64,000 nucleotides of DNA from Octopus sinensis (GCF_006345805.1 NC_043002.1:20212001-20276000); one strand, 5' to 3'. Counted from the first letter of the stretch, positions 38,307-51,109 are shown. A program made the numbers and translations. Notes: generated by a model not told the origin, from the sequence alone.

Positions 38307-39040
38307 ACATATATATATACATATATATATATATATGTGTACCCTTATAACATGTATATGTTAATAGTTGTGTGTTGTTATTGTTTGGTCCAAAGTCTGC
38401 CCTGAACATGCAGACCTATAAAGGCTTCATTTTTTATTTAAAAAAACAAAAACTAGCATTGCAAATTGAGAGACACAGGATCATATGAGAGAGGGGAAAG
38501 TCAGTATCATCATCAGCATCATTGTTTAATATCCATTTTCCATGCTGGCATGGGTTGGACAGACTGGCAGGTGTCAGCAAGCCAGAGTCTGCACTAAGCT
38601 CTACCTTGGCATGGTTTCTACAGTCGTATGCCCTTCCTAATATATCAACAAAATATTGGCACTAGTGAGCTCAACAAATAACTTACAAGATAAGACCCCT
38701 TAACTGAGATCTGTGTAGTATTGAAGGAAGCGGCTTTATGCCAAGTGATAAGAGAGCTTAGAGTGTGGATACATGGACAGAAATAAGTATATTGCAGTAG
38801 AGATACATGGCTACCCCAATGGCTATGTGTGTGTGTGTGTGTGTGTGTGTGTTGCAAATGCATGTGTACATAAAAGTATGCATGCAAGTTATAAGAACCA
38901 GTAATTCCAATGTAATTAAAAGAACAGAATTAAAAAAAAAATATCATCAGGCCCATCCCTTCTTCCTACCATCCCACGAAAAGACAACTAAGGAAGCTAT
39001 GTAGGAAAAGCTCCAAGCCAAAATGTGAGCAAAAACTTAC

Positions 39041-39098
39041 CTCATTCTCAAATTTGGACAGATTGCTGACGCTGTTTGTCAAGTTGTTGTACAAAGAC
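39041..39098 (-). CDS. TTLL5: TTLL5 exon M (58 nt): SLYNNLTNSVSNLSKFENE
   Basis: ttttcag acceptor, gtaagt donor; supplies the required phase 2 to 0 change between exons L and N; no homology support. Confidence 0.75.
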
Positions 39099-39163
39099 CT
39101 GAAAAAGAGGGAACACCCATTAGAGTGGTGGTGGTACCATAAACTGTACTACATGCCTGAATC

Positions 39164-39564
39164 TTACTCTTTACTCTTTTACTCGTTTCAGTCATTTGAC
39201 GCGGCCATGCTGGAGCACCGCCTTTAGTCGAGCAAATCGACCCCGGGACTTATTCTTTGTAAGCCTAGTACTTATTCTATCGGTCTCTTTTGCCGAACCG
39301 CTAAGTTATGGGGATGTAAACACAACAGCATCGGTTCTCAAGCGGTGTTGGGAGGACAGACACAGACACACAAACACACACACATATATATATACATATA
39401 CGACAGGCTTCTTTCAGTTTCCGTCTACCAAATCCACTCACAAGGCTTTGGTCGGCCCGAGGCTATAGTAGAAGACACTTGCCCAAGGTGCCACGCAGTG
39501 GGACTGAACCCGGAACCATGTGGTTGGTAAGCAAGCTACTTACCACACAGCCACTCCTGCACCT
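39164..39564 (-). mobile_element. SINE family A, full length, young
   Basis: Matches 784-1186 with CpGs retained. Confidence 0.92.
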
Positions 39565-39980
39565 ATATAGTTTCAAATTTTGGCACAAGGCCAGAAATTT
39601 CCAGGTAGAGGACTAGTTGATTAAATCAACCCCAGAGCTTAACTGGCACTTACTTTATCAACCCCAAAAGGATGAAAGGCAAAGTCATCCATGGTGGAAT
39701 TACATGTTTGAATATTGATAGCTATTAGCTGGTACCATCTCTATTGTCACATTGGTACAATCAACCTCATACAATTCTCAATTTTCTTTCTTTTTTTTAA
39801 TCAGGGTTCAGGCATTCAGTAAAGATTTTAAATATCCTGCCTTCCCCAGTCAAGTTTGCTAAAATCTTTGCAGGGCAGATGATTATTTGTATATACAAAC
39901 ACAATTTTCAATCAGTTTCAATCAAAGCAGAGGTTAATATAACTTGAAGCAAAAATGTGAGAAAGAGAGACAGAGAATGC

Positions 39981-40044
<64 letters not shown>

Positions 40045-40466
40045 CTGCAATGAGAGACAGACAGACAGATCACATATGTTATTTTCCGATGCTAATAAAT
40101 AATAGTTTTTATCAGTTACATCACATACAGAAATATAACACAGCAACACATTGCTTTTCAGATATCAGTTTTTGTGACATTAAGTAGATGCAAGACAGTA
40201 CTTCTCTGGGAAAGGACACTATTCTATAACAACTTTTTCTGTGAGAAAAATTGGAATTTGCACTGTATGAAAATGACACACTCATCTGTTCCAGTGGATT
40301 GCCTCTACAGTTTAAAGTGGTTGGGACTTATATGGATCCATATACATTATGGATATGTATATAAAAATTATATACGATATATCTCAGAGAGAGAGAGAGA
40401 TTAAAAGAGAAGATAGACAAAAGCTGATAAGATAGACAAAAGCTGATAAGATAGACAAAAACTTAC

Positions 40467-40526
40467 TTTGCTCGAGCTGCAAGTGAGTTAATTGGTGTGA
40501 GACATTTGTACATCATAGCTTTGTGT
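40467..40526 (-). CDS. TTLL5: TTLL5 exon L (60 nt): HKAMMYKCLTPINSLAARA
   Basis: Long pyrimidine tract with AAG acceptor, gtaagt donor; INSLAARAK resembles recalled IESLNSKAK; phase 2 to 2. Confidence 0.75.
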
Positions 40527-41416
40527 CTTGAGAAGTAAAAAAATATAAAAAAAAAGTTAATTAGGACAGTTTAAAATGATAGAAACAAAATACTACTACT
40601 ATTTAAGAACAACAATAATGGTCTTTAATTTAGGCACAAAACTCGCAGTTTCTGAAGGGATCATGTGTCATTTCTTTCATGGGATTCTGCCACTTAAGGT
40701 CAGTCTTCATTTCCCCTCAGGTCTTCATTTGTCCTCTTCTTCCTAAGGTTCCATCTTTTTAGAGAAATTCACACTTCTTCATACGATTGACATCTTCCAT
40801 GTACATCACAGACATCCATACCATATTATTTGATTCCATCAGTCTTTTTCTCTCAGCTTATTCATACTCCATTGTTCAAACACACTAACACGACACATTC
40901 AAGGCATGCTCACTTCATTTCTTTCCAGTTTTCGCAAATCATTTATCTCAAAGGCCCACATCCTGCTACCAAGTTGTGGTTGCAGTTAGGAATGGTATCC
41001 AGTGATAGAAAACAGGCCAAAAATAGAATGAATGTGTCAGAATCCTCTTTCTGTTATCATGCTGGCTTGAGTTGGGCGGTTTGACAGGAGCTGGGCAAGC
41101 CAGGGAGAGTTGCTAGGGTTCCATTTGTCTGTTTTGGCATAGCTTCTACAGCTGGATGTCCTTCCTAACATCAACCACTTTACAGAGTGTGCTGGGTGCT
41201 TCTTATGTGGCATCAGCAGAAGTGCTGTTTACATGATGACACCAGCACAAATACTATTTATGTGGTGCTAGCACAAGTGCCCTTTCATGGTGCCATAATA
41301 TCCCAGCTCAGAAATAAGTAACATTGAATAAGAACCAAATCAGAAAGTGAGATCCATTCAGTCCTTTCCAGCATGGAAAACAGAGTAATTGATGATTAGC
41401 AAAGAAAATAGGAGGT

Positions 41417-41829
41417 ATGATGTATGCTGAGTATAAACCTATTTTTAGATTTTATAATGGTAATGAGATGAGGTGTTTGAAGGTTATGGTTGGTGTGACA
41501 TGGATGGACAGGGTGAGGAATGAGGAGGTGGAAAGGCAAGCAAGAATGAGAGAAAAACTAACAACCAAAGTGGACAGACGAATATTGAGGTGGTTTGGCC
41601 ACATGGAGAGGATAGATGAGGAGTGGAAGGTAAGGAGGGTGACGGAGGCAGAAGTGGTAGGCAGCAGAACCAGAGGCAGACCTGGGTTTGTGCGGATGGA
41701 TGAAATGAGGAAAGCTTTGGTGGTTAGAGGTGTTGGAATGAGAGAGCAAAAGAGTTTATAAATGACAGGAAAGCTTGGTGAGTGTTTGATGACAGATGAG
41801 TGAATATGATATTGCTCAAAGGGGTATGG
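41417..41829 (+). mobile_element. RTE-like LINE C-terminal fragment (its 3' end continues after the MITE at 42237)
   Basis: EMRCLKVMVGVTWMDRVRNEEV...RWFGHMERIDE...GSRTRGRP. Confidence 0.88.
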
Positions 41830-42236
41830 GGATCTCTTTGGTTTGAACGGCAGTTTTATCTAGTGGTGTCATATGAAATTGTCACCCATAATTATGACCC
41901 TAGTATCGCTCTATTGCATTTCAATCCGTTTTAGGGTTAGGGTTAGGGGCGGGCATCTTTTTTCTTCACAAATGTAAATAAACCCAATCTGTTTCTTAAA
42001 CGAGGGACATATTCATATGGCACAGAATGTTTTTATCTCAATAGACATCACTGATTGGTTGAAATTGCAGAAATTGAAGAAAAAAAACAACAAATATCTT
42101 ACAAACTATAGAATTTTCTCAATAAAGCCAAGAGAAAAAGATGTTTTATAAACACATTCTACCAGTATACGAAGTTAAAAATTTTTTAGTTACCTAGAAA
42201 TTATGTTAAAAACTGCCATTCAAACCGAAAAGATCT
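41830..42236. mobile_element. 407-bp MITE with 28-bp TIRs, 8-bp TSD and internal (TTAGGG)3
   Basis: TIR GGATCTCTTTGGTTTGAACGGCAGTTTT, 24/28 match to the other end; TSD GGGTATGG at 41822-29 and 42237-44. Confidence 0.85.
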
Positions 42237-42510
42237 GGGTATGGAACCAGCATGATGCAGTGGGGGTAAACCAGCATATGCTGTCAGGTCAAGCTGTTGT
42301 GATTGGGGGTTGTGTTCTATGCCTTGACCTGAACATAGGATGGGGCTCACTTCTTTGAGCTGGAAAATGAATGGAATGCATGGGGTGTGTCTTGTTGTGG
42401 CTACCCACTCCTAAAAAAAAATGGGGAAAAGCCTGGGTATATGTATGTATAATGGTGATGACAAAAAAAAAAATAAATCTTAGAAAGTTTAATGTTGAAA
42501 CTTTACAAAC

Positions 42511-42573
42511 CTCTGAGGATAAAGTCGTTGGTGCAACATCAAATTATGTGTGGTTGAGAACTGCAAGAAAGGC
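42511..42573 (-). CDS. TTLL5: TTLL5 exon K (63 nt): PFLQFSTTHNLMLHQRLYPQ
   Basis: tttcag acceptor, weaker gtttgt donor; aligns to the recalled vertebrate YLEHKTSMNYMLATRLF segment; phase 2 to 2. Confidence 0.88.
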
Positions 42574-42821
42574 CTGAAATAAACAAATGAATAAATAAAC
42601 AAACAAATAAATGATAAATTTTGTGGGAAAGGGTTAGGTTGATTACATAAACCTCAGTATATGACTGGTACTTATTAATTCCAAAGGGATGAAAAGTTGA
42701 CCTTGGCGGAATGTGAATTCAGAATGTAAAGATAGATGAAAAGGCTAAGTATTTCGCCCAGCAAGCTAATGATTCTGCCAGCCTCACACACACCCACACG
42801 TCCTCTCTCAACCTTATACAT

Positions 42822-42854
<33 letters not shown>

Positions 42855-43342
42855 TATACATACACACACACACATACATACATACACACACACACATATA
42901 CATACACGGACGTTAAACGATGATGATGATGATGATGACACACACATATACATACACACACATACACACAAACACACATACACACACACACATATATATA
43001 AGGCTGAGTCATGTTCCTTTTTTTGTTGGTTTCTTGCACAGTTTAGAAATGTCAGTTGAAGGAAGAAGTGCTATACTGAGCAGGAGAGAGAGGTGGGAGA
43101 GAGAGAGAGGGGGAAAGAGAGAGAGAATTAAAATGTGAGTTGAAGGAACATTCATGTGCATATACGTCACACTTGCAGGAAGAGACAAAGAAAAAGAAAA
43201 GGAACAACACATAGAAAGGAAAAGAGAAAGAAAAAAATACTACAAAATAAGGAAGCTAGCAAAAGAAAGACAATAAAGAGAGGACAGAAGGGGTGAGGTA
43301 GAAAATAGAAGCATTTATCAGAGAGAGAGAGAGATAGAGAGG

Positions 43343-43381
<39 letters not shown>

Positions 43382-43639
43382 TTGTGTATGTTTTTCATCA
43401 TGAAAGTGTGAAAACATTTGGCATTTGTTGCAGATGCATGACAACACATATTGCTCATAGATAGAAAGACAGTCACACATGCACACAAATCTCCATATGT
43501 CCTTTTTTTAACAGGTACTATGACAATAATAGTAACAATCCTTTCTATGATAGGAAAAAGACCTGAAATCTTGCGGTAAGCTGCTTAGTCCATTAGTGCT
43601 CAAGTAGTATTTTTTTTTGTTTTTTTTCCGCTTGTTTAC

Positions 43640-43930
43640 ACTTTTTTGATATCAGTGTCTTTACAATACTGGAAAAAGTATATGTATTTGTGAAGGGAAT
43701 CTACTTTTCATAGACAACTGTGATTGTTACACGATGATGACGGGTCAATATCCAGAAACTCGAATCCGTGTGTATCATAAATTGGAGACGGCAAGGATGG
43801 CTTCCCTTTGCAAATACTGATAGGGCACAGAAAGTGTGTCTATAAGCTAGCTGGAGGAGGTGTCCTCCTGGGGCTACAAACTACAGTAGCATCCACCCTT
43901 AGGGGTTAGCCATATTTAAATGGCGAATAT
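43640..43930 (+). mobile_element. Repeat carrying a minimal type I hammerhead-like motif (Penelope-like)
   Basis: 43729-71 ACACG-ATGATGA-CGG(GTCAATAT)CCA-GAAAC-TCGA-ATC-CGTGT. Confidence 0.6.
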
Positions 43931-43931
43931 A

Positions 43932-44149
43932 CATCATCATCATCATCATCGTTTAACATCCACTTTCCATGCTAGCATGGGTTGGATGGTTCGACTGGGG
44001 TCTGGGAAGCCAGGGGTTGCACCAGGCTCAGTCTGATCTGGCAGTGTTTCTACGGCTGGATGCCCTTCCTAACACCAACCACTCTGAGAGTGTAGTGGAT
44101 GCTTTTTACACGCCACCGGCACAGGTGCCAGGCGAGGCTGGCAACGGCC
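43932..44149 (-). mobile_element. SINE family C
   Basis: (CAT)n tail and core. Confidence 0.85.
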
Positions 44150-44192
44150 TAAATATAAAGAAAAGAAACAAAATAAATAGAAATCTACTTAC

Positions 44193-44392
44193 GAATACAA
44201 ATCCCAAGAATCCGGTGATGGAAACAACCGGATCCATCCTCCTTTACGAGATTCTTCTTCTTTAACTCGTCTCACTATTTTGATTTCTTCACTGTTCAGT
44301 CCAGACATGCTGCGCCTCAAATATCGGCTGTTACTGTAGCTGGCTGCCTGGTTTGAGGCACTTGCACCAGCTGAAGCTGGACGTCGTGGCTG
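44193..44392 (-). CDS. TTLL5: TTLL5 exon J (200 nt): QPRRPASAG...GLNSEEIKIVRRVKEEESRKGGWIRLFPSPDSWDLY
   Basis: tatag acceptor (NAGNAG), gtaagt donor; EEIKxxRRVKEExxRxGGxIRxFP is typical of TTLL5; phase 0 to 2. Confidence 0.93.
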
Positions 44393-44628
44393 CTATACAA
44401 AAAAGGCATCACAAACTAATACAAAGCAGTGACTCAAAAAATATATAACACAGTCATTTAACTCCCAGCTTTTTCTCAGACACAAAGTAAAGATGAACTG
44501 TTTTTTTTATTGAGAGACAGGAAGCTAAAGGCAATTCCAGTAGTATTTGAACTCAAAACAGTGAACTACTGAAATGGATACTGTAAAAATTATAATTCAA
44601 CATTTTAATGTTCTTTTTAAATCAACAT

Positions 44629-44812
44629 AGGTGGAAGAGTGGCTGTGTGGTAAGTAGCTTGCTTGTGAACCACATGGATCTGGGTTCAGTCCCACTGCAT
44701 GGCAACTTGGGCAAGTGTCTTCTACTATAGCCTCATACCAACCAAAGCCTTGTGAATAGATTCGGTAGATGGAAACAGAAAGAAGCCCGTTGTATATATA
44801 TGTGTGTGTGTG
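44629..44812 (+). mobile_element. SINE family A, 5' half
   Basis: Head to central microsatellite only. Confidence 0.85.
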
Positions 44813-44980
44813 TTGATGCTACCACTAGTGTAATTATTGCCATTGTTTAACCTCAGATCAGCCTTGATTAAGCAAATCTAAAATGAAAGGCATTGCTGCC
44901 CTGATTATCTTATTCAATATATCCATCTTGTTTTAATATAATTCAATGTGATTCCTTACAAGTTGAGCAGCTACAGCTTA

Positions 44981-45205
44981 CTGTTTTACTCTTTTACTTG
45001 TTTCAGTCATTCGACTGTGGCCATGCTGGAGCACTGCCTTTAGTCGAGCAAATCGACCCCAGGACTTATTCTTTGTAAGCCTAGTACTAATTCTATCGGT
45101 CTCTTTTGCTGAACCACTAAGTTATAGGGACATAAACACATCAGCATCGGTTGTAAAGCGATGTTGGGGGGACAAACACAGACATACAAACATACACACA
45201 CACGC

Positions 45206-45244
<39 letters not shown>

Positions 45245-45394
45245 ACGGGCTTCTTTCAGTTTCCATCTACCAAATCCGCTCACAAGGCTTTGGTCAGCCC
45301 GAGGTTATAGTAGAAGACACTTGCCCAAGTTGCCATGCAGTGGGACTGAACCCAGAACCATGTGGTTCATAAGCAAGCTACTTATCACACAGCC
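44981..45394 (-). mobile_element. SINE family A, near full length
   Basis: Matches 39164-39564. Confidence 0.9.
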
Positions 45395-45519
45395 AAATAC
45401 TACTAGAATTGCCTTTAGCTTCCTGTCCCTCAACAAAAAAAATTACCATCAGTGGATTCAATTAATTTAACTGTAATTCTAGGATGCCAACTGTATGAAA
45501 ACCAATAAGTTAGTGTTAA

Positions 45520-46041
45520 CCCCTTGACGCCGGTATTACCTGAAGCATGCGAGACACTGCTCTGGGTTTTTTTATCTAATGAGGCCACACAAGCACACAA
45601 GTGCCAACGAGCTTGTGTCTGTATACGTTCACCGTTACAATAACATAGCACCGTACATTTACGTTTACCGGTTTATGAAAACTAACTATGTGAAGCTATT
45701 TATCATAATATGATATGCAAGAGTTATTCTGCTCAAGTTCAAAAAGTAGCTTGCATGTGGTACAACTCAAAACACGGTATTATGCATGTAAAGTATTCGC
45801 ATGTCATTGGTCTACTGCTAGTCTCATGACTTGAACGTAACCTAAAATAGCTAAGATAATGCATGGGACGGCGAGTGCGCACACCTCAAGAGATAAAGTA
45901 CACGATAGCGAACGTAAACATACGTCAGCCGCTAAAAAGTATGGGAAAGATGTAGGGCAGCTCTACATCGTATATTTACGTTAGCCATGGGTAAGCAAGC
46001 AAAAGTGTGATCACATATTTGCGTCAACCATTATCAAGGGG
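45520..46041. mobile_element. piggyBac-type non-autonomous element P2 (522 bp)
   Basis: TTAA|CCCCTTGACGC...GCGTCAA..TCAAGGGG|TTAA; interior CpG-rich relative to flanks. Confidence 0.75.
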
Positions 46042-46840
46042 TTAACAACTGATACCAGCTAAACAACAATGACAAAATCTTCAATGTTTTAACAATCTAA
46101 TGGATTAAGGTACACTATAATGGAATACTAAGCCCTCATCTGGGATGGTGTTGCTGCTACTCAACTACACTAAACTCACTTGTCTCTTCTCAACATCCAT
46201 ATTGTGTCCAGGACCCTCCACACTAACCAGTTTGTCTAATCCTTTCTCCCAAGAATAGCATCCCTCTTGAATTTCTTCTATGTCCATGAATTTTCTGTAG
46301 TCCAAGAAATATCAACCACATCAATATTGGGGGGTCTGCCGCAGTTCCTTTCTCCAGACACAATATTTTGTAGAAGGAAACTTTATGAAAGTCTGTTGGA
46401 AGAACTGCTTTTGCTTTCAAGTAACACACTTAATCCACAGTCTAGTTTAACACCACCCCATGGGCCTTAGGATACCTTTATCAGAGTCCACTCTACTACA
46501 AATATTTGTACAAGGTCTGATCTGAGGACAACCTGCTCCCATCCCCTCCACCAGTTTCAGAGGCCCTGAAAGACACCATCCATGCTACTCTTCTGCCTCT
46601 GATTAGGCCAGTGGCTCCCAACCATTTTCTGCCTATGAACCCCTTTGATTTCTATCCTATTCTACTGGACCACTATAGCTATTTGAAGTATATATATAAA
46701 AAAATCTTACTGTATTTTTACAATTAGATATTAGTAAGTATATAAAAAAAAAAATTGTTAAAATGTTGTGTGTATTGCAGAAGTACAACCAATTTGGAAT
46801 GGACAAAGCTAAGCTGAGATCATCGACCGGTTCTACTCAC

Positions 46841-46932
46841 TTTATTCTTTCCACTGTTCATCTGAGCTGCAAGTTCCATATTTTTCCGGATTTGTTGGTA
46901 ATTCTTCACCATTGGGTCATGGCAGACAATTC
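46841..46932 (-). CDS. TTLL5: TTLL5 exon I (92 nt): GIVCHDPMVKNYQQIRKNMELAAQMNSGKNK
   Basis: ttgcag acceptor, gtgagt donor; GxVCxDP continues the TTLL5 alignment; phase 1 to 0. Confidence 0.9.
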
Positions 46933-46954
46933 CTGCAATGTAGAGTAGTGAATA

Positions 46955-47480
46955 CAGTGTGTGAGAGAGTGTGAGCATGTGAGAGAGGGTACGAGTGAGT
47001 GTGAGAGATGGTATGTGTGAGCGTGTGAGAGAGGGTGCACACAAGTGAGAGAGTGTGAGCGAGTGAGAGAGTGTGAGAGAACATGTGAGCAAGTGTGAGA
47101 GAGTGAGCGTGAGTGAGAGCATGAGCAAGTGTGAGCGCAAGCAAGAGATTGCGAGTGTGCAGGTGAGTATGTGTGAGTGAGCATGAGTGAGTGAGTGAGT
47201 GAGTGAGCGATATAGCATGCGTGAGTGTAAGAGTGCATGTGAGCGTGAGAGCGCACGCAAGCATGGGTGGGTGAGTGTGAGAGTGGGTGGGTAATTGTGA
47301 GAGTGGGTGGGTAATCGTGAGAGTGGGTGGGTGAATGTGAGAGTGGGTGGGTAAACGTGAGAGTGGGTGGGTGAATGTGAGAGTGGATGGGTGAACGTGA
47401 GAGTGGGTGGGTGAGCATGAGAGTGGGTGGGTGTGAGAGTGGGTGAGCATGAGAGTGGGTGAGGGTGAGTTTGTGTGAGA
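46955..47480. repeat. Compound (GAGT/GTGA)n microsatellite plus a 20-bp GTGAGAGTGGGTGGGTNNNN minisatellite (about 47277-47460)
   Basis: Directly visible. Confidence 0.9.
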
Positions 47481-48668
47481 GTGCAAGATTGTGTGTGAAA
47501 GTTTGATTCTGATAAAGAAAAATAGAAAGAAGGTACACATCTGGTAGTTAGGAATATAAAATTAATAAAAGTAATTTATCAGAAATAATCAGCATAGTGT
47601 AGAAAGGATTGATATGAGCAAAGCCAACATATATTTGAGGACTCCAGGGGGGTGGTCAGCAATAAGACCAATGACAAAAATCACATAGTAACATGCAGTC
47701 TGATGCCAAAAACACAACTAAAAACCTCAAAAGTGCACCCACTTCAAAAAAGAAATCATGGAAAATATGTCTTTACAGCTAGAATATATTTAGCTCTAAC
47801 TGAGCTACTATCCATCTATGGAGGCCTAAATGTGACTCAGAGTATTACACATATATGAGAAAGATTACTGCTCCACACACACACATTCTAGGCCACATCC
47901 AAAACTATCACAAAGACAGCTTCTCTTCAGAACCAGAAAATACATAAGTGTTGATCAAATGCTGGCTCTTCTTACAACTGTACTGGTTTCACTGGCTCAA
48001 ATCTATTGCACGGTGATGCAGTTGTGTATGCCAGCATCTTTGACCACATTTAAAATAAGAGCATCGAGACGACTAGCAAAGATTCAATACACAACCACCA
48101 CTAAGGAGTTCACAGATATTCTGTTTGTGTTTTCTGCCATTATTACTATACCCTCCTCTCCTCTAAACCATCTGCAAACCCTCTCCATTTAGGTCCAACA
48201 GATTTACTAACCTTCCAATGTCATTGTATTAAGTCAATGAGGGAGCCTCTATGTAGTCATTTGAACAGAATGAAATAGCAGCCAAAATCTTCCTCAAATT
48301 ACCATCTTATGGAAAGGATATATTAGGTCATGTAATCTTACATACAACCAAAAGAAAAAAAAATAGATCATGTTTCATGATTAGAATGCCTTTAATCATT
48401 AGTCATCAGTCTGATCAGAACTGATTAGGTGCTAATCAACGTTTTCCATGTCTCACATACATATGCTACAGGTAGCACTTCACCTAGTCTTTCCTCCATA
48501 GAATTACAGCCCTCTAGAATTCCTCCCTCCTTACACACTTGCACTCATGTTTATCTTGCAGACACTAAAAGATGCTTGAACTAGATGAGTCAGCCCCATT
48601 AATGTTCTCAGTCCAAAGCTGATAAAATTATAATTTTAAAAAATCTTTAAAAACCCAATGAAACTTAC

Positions 48669-48730
48669 CAATGGCACTAAAAAGATCGCATATGAGGTTT
48701 GTTTTAATCTTCAAATCAAGAGGGCTATCA
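48669..48730 (-). CDS. TTLL5: TTLL5 exon H (62 nt): CDSPLDLKIKTNLICDLFSAI
   Basis: tgcag acceptor, gtaagt donor; DxPLDLKIK motif; phase 2 to 1. Confidence 0.95.
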
Positions 48731-50028
48731 CTGCAAAATGATAGTAATAAGATTTAGTTGTGATTGGCTAATATAAAATAATGAGCTAAATAAGAAACAA
48801 ACATTCAAATTAAATACAAAAACAAATGAAGGTCAAATCTGTTTTTCTTCTTTTACTTTTATTTTACACTGTGTATGTGTGTGTTTGTGTGTGTGTGATC
48901 ATTTTACATCTGCTTTCCATACTGGCGTGGGTTGGATAGTTCTACTTGTTGAGAGTTGTTGCACCTCAAGACTGGTGCTTGTAGGTGTCCTTTGGTTTGA
49001 CTGGAAATCCTTCCTTGCCTATCACTTTCCAGGGTACACTGGATGGAGTTTCTCATGGCACCAACACTAGAGAGGTTGAGTAGTCTTCAGTAAGATAAGA
49101 TTAAAAGGCATCTCATACACTCCACTTACTCTGCTTATTTTCCAACCATTTTACAGTGTGTAATGGGTGCATTTTCCATCGCACCAGCACTCAAAGAGGT
49201 AATCTGCTTATCATTCACCTGTAGAGAAAACAGGATGGGTTCCATCATAACACCAGCACAGGAAGTAGGTTACAAAATATCACAGTTTCTAATCACTGCT
49301 CTTATAGTAGAGTACATTTTGATTAAATAACATCTTTATATTTCATCATAATCATTTTATGTCCACTTTCATGCTGGCATTGGTTGGACAAGTTGTTAGT
49401 CTGAGTTAATCCTTACTTGGAGCTACTGGGCTGGAAGAACTATTTGTCATACATTCCATTTTAGAATGGCTTCCACAACTGACAACTCCACTAGTACTAA
49501 CCATTTTACAGAGTGTTCTGGGTGCACTTTATCATGGCACCAGCACTAGAGAGGTTCCTGTAGCCTCAGCAAGATTAAAAAGAGTTCTCAATCTTAGGTT
49601 GTTTCTACTTTACAGAATGTGTAAAGTGCACTGTCTGGTTAATGGTTCAATCCAGTCGTATATCATCTTGAACAAGTATCTTCAACTATAGCCTTTTATT
49701 GATTTTATGCTTTAAAGACATACATGTTTATGCATGTGTGTATGTATGAGTATATGTATATCTTCTGTTGATGTACAACTGTGACAGATGTAAATATCAA
49801 TGAGAAAACACTAGAACCAGTAATTTTAAAAAGTAATACCCTGTGTAGTATTTATTCCAACAAGTTACACAATCAGTTGTTCATGTTAGAAATGTAGTGA
49901 ACCAGTGATTAACCTTTTAGAAATCTGTAACCAGTAACACTTATTGTTCAACAAATGTCATATGAAAGTAAACAAATTACAATGATTGTAGAGCTTGATA
50001 TAAATGTAGGAAAGGCTGCTGTGACTCA

Positions 50029-50151
<123 letters not shown>

Positions 50152-50357
50152 CTACTACAGACACAAAACCTGAAATATGAGGGAGGAGGTTAGTCAATTA
50201 TATCAACCTAGTATTCAACTGGTACTTATTTTATCAATCCTAAAAGGATGAAAGGCAAAGTCAACCTCAGCAGAATTTGAACTCAGAATGTAAACACAGA
50301 CAAAATGCTACTAAGCATTTCATCCAGCATTCTAATGATTCTAACAGCTGGCTGCCT

Positions 50358-50392
<35 letters not shown>

Positions 50393-51109
50393 TAATAATA
50401 ATAATAATAATGGTTTCAAATTTTGGCACAAGGCCAGCAATTTGAGAAGAGGAAGGTAGTTGATTACATTGACCCCCAGTGCTCAGCTGGTACTTATTTT
50501 ATTGACCCTGAAACAATGAAAAGCAAAGTCATCTTGAGCGGAATTTGAACTTAGAACAGGAAAACAGACAAAATACTAAGCATTCTGCCTGGTATACTAA
50601 CAATTCAGCCAGCTGACCACTCTAGTAAATGATAATAATAATAATAATAATAATAATGTACTGAGAAGAGCATTATTGCTGTGAAAACAACATCCATCCA
50701 TGAATTTATTTCTTTAGTAATTTTTAAATACATATTTTATCTGTGAATTTGCGCATGTAATCTGGGAATGCATACAATGAGCTTCTCTGCCCTAGGTGTA
50801 TGGAAAACACTCGGCGAGAAACAGAAGAAAATTTGAAGAAAGAAGGAAAAAACATCATAATAATAATAATAATAATGATAATTCCTAACATAGTCCTAGT
50901 GCCAAAAATTTTGGAAGAGAGATTAGTCAATTAATTGATCCTAAAACAGATTAAACTAACAATTACTTATTCCACTGACCCCTGAAGGATGAAAGGCAAA
51001 GGCAGTATTGGTAGAATTTAAACTTAGAATGCAAAAATACTGGACAAAATTCAAAATATTTTATCTATTAACAATATTTTAAATGGGCTTCATTATTGAT
51101 CAGACTTAC

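Noticed and set aside
41931-41948. Interstitial telomere or chromosome-fusion scar
   Set aside because: Only three units, enclosed by TIRs and a TSD, so it is part of a MITE.
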